NCBI GenBank assembly: GCA_902799385.1 | Contig: CADCAK010000001.1 | Location: 96,566-160,565 of the forward strand | Source: an uncultured bacterium | GTDB lineage: Bacteria > Verrucomicrobiota > Kiritimatiellia > RFP12 > UBA1067 | DNA: 64,000 nt | Direction of reading: 5' to 3' | In this document: one piece after another, positions 1 through 9,003 of the stretch | Layout of the letters: every line of letters begins with the position of its first letter | Numbering within the stretch: the first letter of the stretch is position 1 | Program-made: the position numbers and the translations under genes | The notes under the pieces: generated by a model | What the model was told of the DNA's origin: nothing | What the model saw: the letters and a program-made list of their open reading frames with translations, nothing else | Database searches by the model: none

Positions 1-968
1 TTGTTGAATGCCGTCAGTATCAAAACGATGTTGAGTTGGTTCGGTACGCGGTGAGAGTGTATCTTACCCAGCATAGGGAATGGTCAGACCGGCATCAACT
101 GGTTGTTAAGTATAATGGAACAGGTGAGCTTTTGGCGTATTCATTTGACCCCGCTGAGAGGTATCCGATGGAGATAACGGCCAATATATGCGAAGGCGAT
201 CCGGACAATCCCAGGAAAATGCATTACCCAGAGCAGACTGTTAGATGGGAGGATGTCCTTGATTTCGCATGGGGAGAGAAAGACGGTGGCGGATTGTTCG
301 TTTCAGAAGATGGCGGCGACAGGTCTTACGTCAGTTGTTGGGAGATCGGCAACGATGATCAAGAGCGCTTTTCCGTCGAGTGGTGTCCGTATGGCCTGTA
401 TGACCTTCGGATAGAGGCGATAACCGAATCCAGAGGGGAGATGGTGGATTTTCTCCGTAAATACATGCGAGGCGGTTTGGCAGAGGCGCAACAGGGCTTT
501 ACTTGGCGTCTAATTTGTAATCGTCTTGGCGCGATTGAATTTGTCGATGAAGTCACGGCTGATTTAATGCGGGCAAAACGGAAAGGCCAAAAGGAGATAT
601 TGGAATCGTTTCCTCTTCTGGAGATTGACCGCGTTGATTTTTGTTCAATGTACTACGACAACAAGAGCGAAAAGGAAATTGTTCGCCTGATTAAGAAAGC
701 TCTTAAGAATGGTAGTTTGCCGGATTCTGAGAATCCGATGTCTATTCGGTTGTTGGTCATTTTTTATCTGGCGGTTCGCGGCGACAGGGATTCATGCAAG
801 AAGCTTGCATCTTTATTCTGGAAGCGGAAGAACAAGCAACTATGTAATTATTGGCGTAAATGTGCTGGCTTGGCCGAACTCAAGCCACGTATGCCCCGTC
901 CGCGTAAAAAGGAGCCGTCGAATCAGCTTCAATTTGATTTTGATGCCTCCGCAGGGTCAACACAGTAG
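1..968 (+). CDS. hypothetical protein, possibly 5'-truncated by the window edge
   Basis: ORF track gives 36..968 with a TTG start, but the same frame is open back to nt 3, so the real start may lie upstream of the window. No recognisable motifs. Lower GC than the bulk of the window. Confidence 0.5.
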   Translation, partial: VECRQYQNDVELVRYAVRVYLTQHREWSDRHQLVVKYNGTGELLAYSFDPAERYPMEITANICEGDPDNPRKMHYPEQTVRWEDVLDFAWGEKDGGGLFVSEDGGDRSYVSCWEIGNDDQERFSVEWCPYGLYDLRIEAITESRGEMVDFLRKYMRGGLAEAQQGFTWRLICNRLGAIEFVDEVTADLMRAKRKGQKEILESFPLLEIDRVDFCSMYYDNKSEKEIVRLIKKALKNGSLPDSENPMSIRLLVIFYLAVRGDRDSCKKLASLFWKRKNKQLCNYWRKCAGLAELKPRMPRPRKKEPSNQLQFDFDASAGSTQ

Positions 969-994
969 GAGTGACACAATAGAAGGTTGTACAA

Positions 995-1135
995 ATGGCG
1001 ATGCCACAGAGAGACGAAACGATTGAGGAAATCAAGCGGCTGGATGCGTTGCTTGAATACGCCGTCATGCATGACGACGAAGCCGAGGCCACGCGCCTTC
1101 GCGCCGAGCTGACGAAATTGGTGGAGAAGGTGTAG
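995..1135 (+). CDS. small acidic helical hypothetical protein (46 aa; alternative start 1001)
   Basis: Hand translation gives MAMPQRDETIEEIKRLDALLEYAVMHDDEAEATRLRAELTKLVEKV. GAAGG lies about 10 nt upstream. Below the ORF-track size cutoff. Confidence 0.3.
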   Translation: MAMPQRDETIEEIKRLDALLEYAVMHDDEAEATRLRAELTKLVEKV

Positions 1136-1194
1136 CGATGCGATGTGTGAGGAAAGTCGATTGAGCCGAGTTGATGCGATGATGAAGCGAGGTA

Positions 1195-1203
1195 TGATAT
1201 AAT
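1195..1203 (+). promoter_or_regulatory. extended -10 element TGATATAAT
   Basis: Exact TGnTATAAT match upstream of two SD-preceded mini-ORFs (ATG 1229 and ATG 1365). Confidence 0.3.
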
Positions 1204-1364
1204 GTCAGTGCGAGCTGGAGGAGGCCTTATGAGAAAAAGAGAAACGAGAAAAGCAATGACAAGATACGCTTGGGAGGCGGTGAATGTGCCTACCATTAGA
1301 TGCTTGTATACAACGTGTTCTGTCTACGGCGTCTGAAACACGAATCTGGCAGCAGGAGGAGCAA

Positions 1365-1487
1365 ATGATACTTGAAGAACTAAAGAAATTGATTGCCGCC
1401 GACGATGGCGAGACGGTCGAGGTGAAGGAATCGACTGGACAGCGCTGCAACGCCTGTGAGACACAATTAAAAGGAGAAGATGTATGA
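1365..1487 (+). pseudogene. remnant of the N-terminus of an AlbA_2/Schlafen-type (RecG-like) DNA-binding regulator
   Basis: AGGAGGA SD followed by ATG. The peptide MILEELKKLIAADDGETVEVKESTGQR resembles the typical start of AlbA_2-domain proteins (..GEsetlEfK..), but the ORF stops after 40 codons. Confidence 0.3.
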
Positions 1488-1577
1488 CCATTGAAGAGAT
1501 ATTGACCGACAAGGACTAGCGCAGCACGATGGTTTCTATGCGTTAAACCCATTGGGTAGGTCGGCAACTTGACGAGA

Positions 1578-1611
1578 AACTTAACAAGTAACTTAACAAG
1601 TATTGACAAGT
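1578..1611. repeat. tandem 12-mer AACTTAACAAGT x2 plus ATTGACAAGT; TTGACAAGT recurs at ~1690
   Basis: Read directly from the sequence in a ~730 bp non-coding stretch. Confidence 0.8.
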
Positions 1612-1822
1612 CGGATGAGATTAAAAACAGCAAATAACGCGAAAAATATCATGAAATCGTATGATTTTCCACGCTGTTTGCTTTTAGGATTGACAAGTGG
1701 ATTAATTGGGATTAACCACAATCTGTACCTAATGGGTAGGATTTCCGCAGGAGTTGGCTCATGTGCACTGTCGGAGTGATCCAGAGGAGTTCGCCAGGTT
1801 CGAGTTGATTACGGTGGAGAAG

Positions 1823-1870
1823 GGTGTTGGAAAAGGTGTGGTAAAAAGTGTGGGTAAAAGTATGGGAAAG
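1823..1870. repeat. four degenerate tandem ~12-mers (GGTGTTGGAAAA / GGTGTGGTAAAAA / GTGTGGGTAAAA / GTATGGGAAAG)
   Basis: Read directly. In one frame it encodes GVGKGVVKSVGKSMGK. Confidence 0.8.
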
Positions 1871-2168
1871 ATTCGGGGATTTGCAAGGAGTTCCGTGAGC
1901 CTCTTACCCGTAGGAGTAAGAACGGGTCGTATCTCAGGGTGGGTGTGCCCAATCAGCGGCGCGACAGGACTTTTTTCTTTTCGCCTGTCGCCGCCGCTTT
2001 CATAAACCGAAAAGAGGAGGAAACAACGGGAGCGAGGTGCCCGTTCCTGCGCCGACGATCACGAGCGCGGGGACGCGCGGCGACGGCAACGGCAAGCTCT
2101 CGGCCCGCCCGCCGCATCGTCGTTTTCAAAAAAGCCGTTGAATGCAGATGACACGGAAGTGGGGATTA

Positions 2169-2177
2169 TGGTAAAAT
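2169..2177 (+). promoter_or_regulatory. extended -10 TGGTAAAAT upstream of the GH2 gene
   Basis: Member of the recurring TGGTA(T/A)AAT family in this window. Lies 50 nt upstream of ATG 2227, which has an AAGAGGAGGA SD. Confidence 0.45.
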
Positions 2178-2226
2178 ATCCAACAAGCAAGAGAAAGCAC
2201 CCTTCAATCAAGAGGAGGAATTAACA

Positions 2227-5055
2227 ATGCAATGTCTACATAGTTATGTGATCGGGGCCGCTGTGTTGCTGAGCGCCGAGATGGCGGGCGCGAAGGAGAT
2301 ATGGCAGGACCCGACGAGGTTCGAGGTGAACAGGCTCCCGGCCCGCTCGGTCATGGTGCCTTGCGAGTGCCCAGAAGTGGCGCTCGCGATCGCGAAGGGC
2401 GAGAGGCCGCGCACCGAGTCAAAGTGGCTTAAGTCCCTTAACGGCACTTGGGGCTTCAAGTGGAAGCACACGATCGACGCCTCCGACTGGGAGAAGACTG
2501 CCGAGATCGCCGTCCCCGGTTGCTGGCAGCTCCAGGGCGAGTACGACCCCGCGCTCTACACGAATGTCACCTACCCGATCCACGGCTGGGCCGAGGGCGA
2601 CCCGATGGTCGAGCCGCCGAAGCACTATACGAGCCACTATTTCCGCAACCCCGTCGGGCTCTACTCGCGCACGTTCGCCATTCCCGACTATTGGAAGGGT
2701 CGCCGCGTCACGATCCACTTCGGCGGCGTTTCGTCTGCGATGTACCTCTACGTGAACGGCAAGGAAGTCGGCTATTCCGAGGATAGCCGCCTCCCCGCCG
2801 AGTTCGACATCACCTCCTTCCTCAAGGATGGCGAGAACTCGCTTGAGGTCAAGGTTCTGAAGCACTGCGACGGCTCGTTCCTCGAAGATCAGGACTTCTG
2901 GCGCCTCTCTGGTATCTTCCGCGACGTATGGCTTGTCGCCGAGACGGAAAAGGCGCCGTACGACCTCGTCGTGGACGCTTCGCTTTCGGACGACTTCAAG
3001 ACAGGCAAGCTCACTGTCAAGGATGCTGACGGCAAGGTCGTTCTCGAGAAGAAGTACGATAATCCGAAGCTCTGGAGCTGCGAGGCGCCCAACATGTACT
3101 ACGAGACGGTTGAGATCGGCGGCAACTTCTACGCCGTCGCGTTCGGCTTCCGCAAGATTGAGATCAAGGACGCGGTTGTCTACATCAACGGCAAGCGCGC
3201 TCTTTTCATGGGGACCGACCGCCACGAAATGGAGCCCGCGACTGGCTACACCGTCACGCTCGAGGGCATGAAGAAGGATATCGAGATCTTCCACGACCTC
3301 AACATCAACGCCGTCCGCACCTGTCACTATCCAGATGATCCGACGTGGTACGAGCTCTGCGACCGTGAGGGCATCTACGTCGTCTGCGAGGCCAACATCG
3401 AGTCGCACGGCGCCGGCTACGGCGCGGGGACGCTCGCAAAGAATCCCCTCTACCACGACGCGCACGTGGCGCGCGGCACCAACATGGTCAAGGTGTTCCG
3501 CAACCATCCGTCCATCATCTTCTGGTCGATGGGCAACGAGGCGGGCGACGGCCCCAACTTCGTCGACGAGTACAAGGCGATGCGCGCTCTTGACGCGACG
3601 CGCCCGATCCAGTACGAGCGTGCGCAGGACACCGACCACAGCGACATCAAGTGCCCGATGTACACGAGGCCCTGGCAGGTTGAGAACTATGTCAAGAACA
3701 ACCCCAAGAAGCCGTTCATCCTTTGCGAGTACGTGCATGCGATGGGCAACTCCAATGGCGACGTCCAGGACTACTGGGACCTCGTGAGGAAGTATCCGTC
3801 GATGCAGGGCGGCTTCATCTGGGATTTTGTCGATCAGGCCGTCTGGAAGACCGACAAGCGCGGCAAGTGGCTCGCATACGGCGGCGACTTCGGCGACAAG
3901 CCGAACGACGACAACTTCAACTGCAACGGCATCGTGGCCGCCGACCGCACATACCACCCGGGCGCCTACGAGATCAAGCACGCCTACCAGCCCGTCCACG
4001 TTGACTCGTGGGACTGGGAGACGAAGGTTGCGAAGATCTGGAACGCCTACCGCTTCTCGACGCTCGACCACCTGAACGCCCACTGGATCGTCACGAAGGA
4101 CGGCAAGATCGTCAAGGACGGGGTTATCGACGCCAAGGGCTTCGATCCCGACACCGTCAGGGAGTTCAAGATCGACGCTCCCGACGGCGACGCGATCACG
4201 TTCATCTTCGTGCGCGGCGACTTCGACCTCGACAAGGACGGCCACCCGGATGTCGTGGCCATAGACCATTTCGCCAAGCCCTTCGTTCCTGTACCGGCGC
4301 CTGAGGCGAAGTGCGTGCAGGACGACAACGCCGCGAAGCTCTTCAAGCTCAACTTCTGGCGCGCGCCCACCGACAACGACCGCGGCTGGAAGATGCCCGA
4401 GGTCTGCAAGGCGTGGAAGAAGGCGACCGAAACGCAGACTCCGCCCGAGGGCTGCACGGCCAAGCTCGACGTCCGCAAGCTCGGCGAGGGCAAGTACATC
4501 GTTGACCTCAAGGTCACGGTTGGCGAGAAGCTTCCGCCTGTCCCGCGCATCGGCGTCACGTTCAAGCTCCCGAAGGAGTTCAGGAACGTGGAGTGGTACG
4601 GCTTCGGGCCGTGGGAGAACTACAGTGACCGCCGCACTGCCGTACTGCTCGATGTGTGGAAGGCGTCTATCGGCCTCGTCGGCGGTCTCGCCGGCGAAGA
4701 TGGCAAGATTGACTATCCCGCCCGCCGCCTCAACCCCGACAACTACATCGAGCCGGGCGAACAGGGCTACCGCACCGGCTGCCGTTGGATTGAATTCACC
4801 GACGGCAACGGCAAGTCCGTCAAGGTTACCGCCCTAAACGCCCCGGTCGGCTTCAACGCGTGGCCGTATTCGCAGGCCTCGCTTGAAAAGGCCAGGCACC
4901 AGTGGGATCTCTCCGACGAGGGCGAAATTACCGTCAATGTAGACGCGGTGCAGATGGGCGTCGGCGGCGACAACAGCTGGGGCGATCGTCCTCATGGCGA
5001 CGACATGGTCGGCAAGGGTGAATACAGGCTTTCGTTCCTCGTCGAAGGCCTGTAG
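2227..5055 (+). CDS. lacZ: beta-galactosidase, glycoside hydrolase family 2 (LacZ type), secreted
   Basis: 942 aa with an N-terminal signal peptide. Motifs: NVTYPIHGW, RTCHYPDDPTWYELCDREGIYVVCEANIESHG, WSMGNEAG, ILCEYVHAMGNSNG, and the C-terminal small-chain domain FWRAPTDNDRG. Strong SD. Confidence 0.9.
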   Translation: MQCLHSYVIGAAVLLSAEMAGAKEIWQDPTRFEVNRLPARSVMVPCECPEVALAIAKGERPRTESKWLKSLNGTWGFKWKHTIDASDWEKTAEIAVPGCWQLQGEYDPALYTNVTYPIHGWAEGDPMVEPPKHYTSHYFRNPVGLYSRTFAIPDYWKGRRVTIHFGGVSSAMYLYVNGKEVGYSEDSRLPAEFDITSFLKDGENSLEVKVLKHCDGSFLEDQDFWRLSGIFRDVWLVAETEKAPYDLVVDASLSDDFKTGKLTVKDADGKVVLEKKYDNPKLWSCEAPNMYYETVEIGGNFYAVAFGFRKIEIKDAVVYINGKRALFMGTDRHEMEPATGYTVTLEGMKKDIEIFHDLNINAVRTCHYPDDPTWYELCDREGIYVVCEANIESHGAGYGAGTLAKNPLYHDAHVARGTNMVKVFRNHPSIIFWSMGNEAGDGPNFVDEYKAMRALDATRPIQYERAQDTDHSDIKCPMYTRPWQVENYVKNNPKKPFILCEYVHAMGNSNGDVQDYWDLVRKYPSMQGGFIWDFVDQAVWKTDKRGKWLAYGGDFGDKPNDDNFNCNGIVAADRTYHPGAYEIKHAYQPVHVDSWDWETKVAKIWNAYRFSTLDHLNAHWIVTKDGKIVKDGVIDAKGFDPDTVREFKIDAPDGDAITFIFVRGDFDLDKDGHPDVVAIDHFAKPFVPVPAPEAKCVQDDNAAKLFKLNFWRAPTDNDRGWKMPEVCKAWKKATETQTPPEGCTAKLDVRKLGEGKYIVDLKVTVGEKLPPVPRIGVTFKLPKEFRNVEWYGFGPWENYSDRRTAVLLDVWKASIGLVGGLAGEDGKIDYPARRLNPDNYIEPGEQGYRTGCRWIEFTDGNGKSVKVTALNAPVGFNAWPYSQASLEKARHQWDLSDEGEITVNVDAVQMGVGGDNSWGDRPHGDDMVGKGEYRLSFLVEGL

Positions 5056-5076
5056 GCGAAGGTGAGGTTTGCCGAG

Positions 5077-6456
5077 ATGAACATGAACAGAAGAGGCTTC
5101 CTGTCGGCGATGCTTGCCGCAGGCGCGTATCCGCTACTGCCCGGGTGCTTTTCGTCTAAGGCGTATGTCGCCAACGGCAAGGTGCGGCTCGCGGCGATTG
5201 GCTGCGGGGCCCAGGCGTGGTTCGACCTAAGGAAGCTCGCGGCGAACCGCGACATCTGCGAGGTCGTGGCGCTGTGCGACACCGACATCGGCGCCCCCCA
5301 CACGGAAGGGGCGCTCAAGCGCTTCCCCGACCTTCCGCGCTTCCAGGACTTCCGCATGATGTTCGACAAGATGGCGGACCAAATCGACGCCGTCCTCGTC
5401 GGCACTCCGGACCACTCCCACTTCTGCGCCGCGATGCACGCGATGCGCCTCGGGAAGGCGGTCTACGTCGAAAAGCCGCTTGCGCACTCGTTCCGCGAGT
5501 GCGAGCTTTTGATGGCGGCCGAGGAGAAGTACGGCGTCGTCACGCAGATGGGAAACCAGGGGCACAGCGGCGCGAACTACTACCAGTACCGCGACTACGT
5601 GCAGAACGGCGTCATAAAGGACGTCAAGAAGGTCGTCGCGCACATGAACATGCAGCGCCGCTGGCACAAGTGGGGTGGCAAGGTCGCGTCGTACCCGAAG
5701 GGCGAGGTGATGCCAGAGACGCTCGACTGGGAGTCCTGGTGTAGCTCCGCGCCGTACCACGACTTCTCGAAGGACCTTGCGTACGGCGAGTGGCGCTGCT
5801 GGTACGACTACGGCAACGGCTGCATGGGCGACTGGGGCGCGCACATCCTCGACTGCGTCCACCGCTTTACGCTGCGCGGGGCGCTTCCGAGTGAAGTGGC
5901 GATCTCCAACGTGGCAGGCTGGAACCAGTTCGTGTTCCCCGTGCAGGACACGATCACGATGAAGTTCGACGACGTGACGCTTGAGTGGTACGAGGGGCTC
6001 GACAACAAGCCGCCGCTCCCCAAGGGCTTCCGCTATGCCGACAACAAGGGGCTTTTCCCCGCGTCGACTGCGAACGACGGGCTCATAGACCCGCCCCTCA
6101 AGCCGGGCAAGGAGATATACCTCGCGGACGGCACCGTCTGGCAGGGCCTTTCCCACGCGTCCACGCTCGTGCGCGTGGGGGCGCAGGGCGAGAAGGTTCC
6201 GGCGTTCGAGAAGACGGGTAGCAACCACTGGCGCAACTTCCTACTCGCCGTGAAGGGCGAGGAGGAGGCGAGAAGCCCGTTCCGCGTCACCGCACCGCTC
6301 TCGGAGCTTTTCTGCCTCGGCGTCGTCGCGCAGCGACTCAACCGTGGCTTCAAGTTCGATCCAATCGGGCGGAAGGCCGTGGGCGACGCCGAAGTGAGCG
6401 TTCTCCTGAAGGGCTCGGCGCCGCGCGAGGGCTGGGAGGAATACTACAGCGTCTGA
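5077..6456 (+). CDS. Gfo/Idh/MocA-family NAD-dependent oxidoreductase with twin-arginine signal (GH109-like architecture)
   Basis: MNMNRRGFLSAMLAAGA is a TAT motif. Rossmann start VRLAAIGCGAQ. VYVEKPLAH motif. ORF track starts at GTG 5062; ATG 5077 or 5083 is more likely. Confidence 0.8.
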   Translation: MNMNRRGFLSAMLAAGAYPLLPGCFSSKAYVANGKVRLAAIGCGAQAWFDLRKLAANRDICEVVALCDTDIGAPHTEGALKRFPDLPRFQDFRMMFDKMADQIDAVLVGTPDHSHFCAAMHAMRLGKAVYVEKPLAHSFRECELLMAAEEKYGVVTQMGNQGHSGANYYQYRDYVQNGVIKDVKKVVAHMNMQRRWHKWGGKVASYPKGEVMPETLDWESWCSSAPYHDFSKDLAYGEWRCWYDYGNGCMGDWGAHILDCVHRFTLRGALPSEVAISNVAGWNQFVFPVQDTITMKFDDVTLEWYEGLDNKPPLPKGFRYADNKGLFPASTANDGLIDPPLKPGKEIYLADGTVWQGLSHASTLVRVGAQGEKVPAFEKTGSNHWRNFLLAVKGEEEARSPFRVTAPLSELFCLGVVAQRLNRGFKFDPIGRKAVGDAEVSVLLKGSAPREGWEEYYSV

Positions 6457-6467
6457 CGGGCGGACGG

Positions 6468-7178
6468 ATGAACCGCATCCTTTTCGACAGTTCCGAAATC
6501 GCGGACGGCATCGCAACGTGCTCCGACGCGAGGGCGGCGCACATTCTCTCCGTGTTGCACGGCGAGGTTGGACAGATTCTGAAGACCGGCGAATTGGACG
6601 GACGCATAGGCACTGGCGAGATAGTGTCCATCGAGGGGCGGTCCGTCGGCATCCGCGTGTCGCATACGGAGGAGTCGCTGCGCCCGTGGTGCGACCTCGT
6701 CCTTGCGCCGCCGCGCCCGCGAGTCATGAAGAGGCTTCTTCCGCAGCTCGCTTCGCTCGGCGTCGGCACGATTGTCCTCGTCGGCGCGAAGAAGGTCGAG
6801 AAGGACTTCTGGGGCGCCACGCTTCTAAAGGAGGAGAACTTCAGGCCGCTTTTCGTGGACGGGCTCATGCAGGCGGGGACGAGCGTCATGCCGCGCCTTG
6901 AGGTGCGCAGGAACTTCAGGCGCTTCGTCGGCGACGAGCTTGACGGGCTTTTCCCGACCGCGAACCGCATCGTCGGGCATCCGGGCGGCGCGCAAGGTCC
7001 GTCCGCGCGGCGGGAGGGGCGGCTTCTTCTCGCAGTGGGGCCCGAGGGCGGCTGGACCGACGACGAGGTTGAACTCCTCGAATCGCACGGCTTTTCGCGC
7101 CATTCCCTCGGCTCGCGCATATTGCGCACCGACACGGCGCTCATTGCGCTTCTCTCGCGCCACTTGCCCGCCGCGTGA
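6468..7178 (+). CDS. rsmE: 16S rRNA (uracil1498-N3)-methyltransferase
   Basis: 236 aa. SPOUT C-terminus LLAVGPEGGWTDDEVELLESHGFSRHSLGSRILRTDTALIALL. N-terminal PUA-like region. Confidence 0.85.
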   Translation: MNRILFDSSEIADGIATCSDARAAHILSVLHGEVGQILKTGELDGRIGTGEIVSIEGRSVGIRVSHTEESLRPWCDLVLAPPRPRVMKRLLPQLASLGVGTIVLVGAKKVEKDFWGATLLKEENFRPLFVDGLMQAGTSVMPRLEVRRNFRRFVGDELDGLFPTANRIVGHPGGAQGPSARREGRLLLAVGPEGGWTDDEVELLESHGFSRHSLGSRILRTDTALIALLSRHLPAA

Positions 7179-7183
7179 AGTTT

Positions 7184-7192
7184 TGGTAAAAT
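7184..7192 (+). promoter_or_regulatory. extended -10 TGGTAAAAT (context GAAGTTTTGGTAAAAT)
   Basis: Same AAGTTTTGGTA(T/A)AAT context as at 8186-8199 and 23207-23222. Upstream of ATG 7237. Confidence 0.45.
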
Positions 7193-7236
7193 GGCGGCAA
7201 GCGGCGACGGCCGTGTAAACTTTAGGAGGAAAACAC

Positions 7237-8160
7237 ATGAAGATCGTTACGACAGCTATCCAGACCCTGGCAATGGCGGCAATTGCCGGATGCGCCACGG
7301 TGAACAAGCCGGGATACGACACCCTCATCGCCCACCGCGGCGAGTCGAAGGACGCCCCCGAGAACACATTGCCCGCCTACAGGCTTGCGGTGGAGCGCGG
7401 CTTCGGCTTCGAGTGCGACCTCTACCTTTCCAAGGACGGGCGCGTGTTCACGTTCCACGACTCAAACCTGAAGCGCACGACCGACGGGGCGAACACGAGC
7501 AGGTGCGCCGACGTGACGTGGGCCGACACGCTCTCAAAGCTCGACGTCGGCAGCTGGGGCAAGTGGAAGGGCTCGCAGTATGCGGGGACGACCCCGGCGC
7601 TGCTTGAGGACGTCCTCGCGCTCGCGAGGAACGGGCGTCGCGTGTATCTCGAGATAAAGGCCGGGCCGGAAATCGTGCCCGTCATAAAGGCGGTGCTTTC
7701 GTCGCAGGGCAACGCCACCCCCGACAATGTCCTCTTCATCTGCTTCAACCAGAGCGTATGCAAGGCCATAAAGGACATCATGCCAGAGTACACTGTCTAC
7801 TGGCTGGTCGGCTCGCACGTGGGCAAGGGCGAGTCCCGCCGCCCGATCACCGCCGATGAGGTGATCGCAGGGGCCAGGGAGGCTGCGGCGGACGGCGTCG
7901 ACATGAATTTCAATCCGGACGTGGTGGACGAGGCGTTTGTCGCGGCGGTGAAGAAGGAAGGGTTTTCGTTCCACGTCTGGACGGTTGACGACCTTCCGCA
8001 GGCGCTTCGGGCGTTTGCCGTCGGCGCGGAAACCGTCACGACGAACTGCGCGAAGGATCTTCTCGACGAATACACGATGCTTTTCGCCCCCGAGCCCGAC
8101 ACCCGCGACGTGTTCTCCGATCGCATCATAGACGGTGCCGCGTTTCCGCTTGGGTATTGA
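7237..8160 (+). CDS. glycerophosphodiester phosphodiesterase family protein (secreted or lipoprotein)
   Basis: IAHRGESKDAPENTLPAYRLAVERGFGFECDLYLSKDGRVFTFHD is the GDPD signature. Signal peptide ending AIAGC. Confidence 0.85.
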   Translation: MKIVTTAIQTLAMAAIAGCATVNKPGYDTLIAHRGESKDAPENTLPAYRLAVERGFGFECDLYLSKDGRVFTFHDSNLKRTTDGANTSRCADVTWADTLSKLDVGSWGKWKGSQYAGTTPALLEDVLALARNGRRVYLEIKAGPEIVPVIKAVLSSQGNATPDNVLFICFNQSVCKAIKDIMPEYTVYWLVGSHVGKGESRRPITADEVIAGAREAAADGVDMNFNPDVVDEAFVAAVKKEGFSFHVWTVDDLPQALRAFAVGAETVTTNCAKDLLDEYTMLFAPEPDTRDVFSDRIIDGAAFPLGY

Positions 8161-8190
8161 CACTCGGTTCCACAAAAAATAGCGAAGTTT

Positions 8191-8199
8191 TGGTATAAT
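8191..8199 (+). promoter_or_regulatory. extended -10 TGGTATAAT ending 6 nt before the etfB ATG (leaderless candidate)
   Basis: TATAAT at 8194-8199 and ATG at 8206, with no SD between them. Confidence 0.5.
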
Positions 8200-8205
8200 A
8201 TCCGC

Positions 8206-9003
8206 ATGAACGGATATACGTGCGTCGTTTGCATCAAACAGGTGCCAGATACCAAGAAGGTGACCGGGCAGGCCATGAAGGCCGACGGTACCATCAATCG
8301 TGCCGCATTGCCGGCTATCTTCAACCCCGAGGACAAGAACGCCCTTGAGGCGGCGCTTTCCGTAAAGGAGCGCTACGGCGGCAAGGTGATCGCCATCGCC
8401 ATGGGCCTTCCGGCTGCGACCGCGATCCTGCGCGAGGCGCTTGCCTGCGGCGCGGACGAGGCCGTCCTCGTCACCGACCGCAAGGCGGCGGGGTCCGATA
8501 CGCTCGCGACGAGCTACATCCTCTCGCAGGCGGTGAAGAAGTTCAATCCCGATCTCGTCTTCTGTGGCCGCCAGGCCATCGACGGCGACACGGCCCAGAC
8601 AGGCCCGCAGATCGGCGAGAAGCTCGACTGCTCCGTCGTCACCTATCTTGAAAAACTCGACCTCGACGGCGACACCGCCGTCGCCGTGCGCGACATCGGC
8701 ACGGGCGTCGAGACTTGCCGCGCGAAGCTCCCAGCGCTTTTCACCGTCACCGAGAAGTTCGGCGAGCTTAGGCCGTTTGAGATGCGCCGCGTCATGAAGT
8801 ACAAGAATGCCGAGCCCACGATCCTCGACTGCGCCGCGATCGGCTGCGAAGACGATCGCTGCGGCTTCGCCGGGTCGCCGACGAGCGTCAACAAGATAGA
8901 GTCCGTCGTCCTCGCGGGCGGCGAGTTCAAGGAAGTCGCCGCGACCGACGAGGGGATCGGCGCTCTCGTCTCCGAGCTTATCAAGGACCACACGATTGGG
9001 TAG
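8206..9003 (+). CDS. etfB: electron transfer flavoprotein subunit beta
   Basis: 265 aa. VVCIKQVPDT start, typical EtfB length, and order etfB-etfA-acd. Confidence 0.9.
   Translation: MNGYTCVVCIKQVPDTKKVTGQAMKADGTINRAALPAIFNPEDKNALEAALSVKERYGGKVIAIAMGLPAATAILREALACGADEAVLVTDRKAAGSDTLATSYILSQAVKKFNPDLVFCGRQAIDGDTAQTGPQIGEKLDCSVVTYLEKLDLDGDTAVAVRDIGTGVETCRAKLPALFTVTEKFGELRPFEMRRVMKYKNAEPTILDCAAIGCEDDRCGFAGSPTSVNKIESVVLAGGEFKEVAATDEGIGALVSELIKDHTIG

Noticed and set aside
1790-1815. tRNA-like T-loop sequence GGTTCGAGT.
   Set aside because: The flanking bases cannot form a T-stem or acceptor stem (GCCAG versus TTGAT). No cloverleaf could be built, and no tRNA was found anywhere in the window.
2419-4269. 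Very long antisense or alternate-frame ORFs. Examples: 2419..4269 (-) 616 aa, 10070..12064 (-) 664 aa, 12627..13949 (-), 23653..24885 (-), 52882..54081 (-), 56434..58008 (-), 43386..44342 (-).
   Set aside because: They overlap genes with unmistakable homology on the other strand or frame. Their translations are Arg/Ala/Gly/Pro-rich low-complexity strings, typical of stop-codon-poor frames in GC-rich DNA. They have no SD or motif support.
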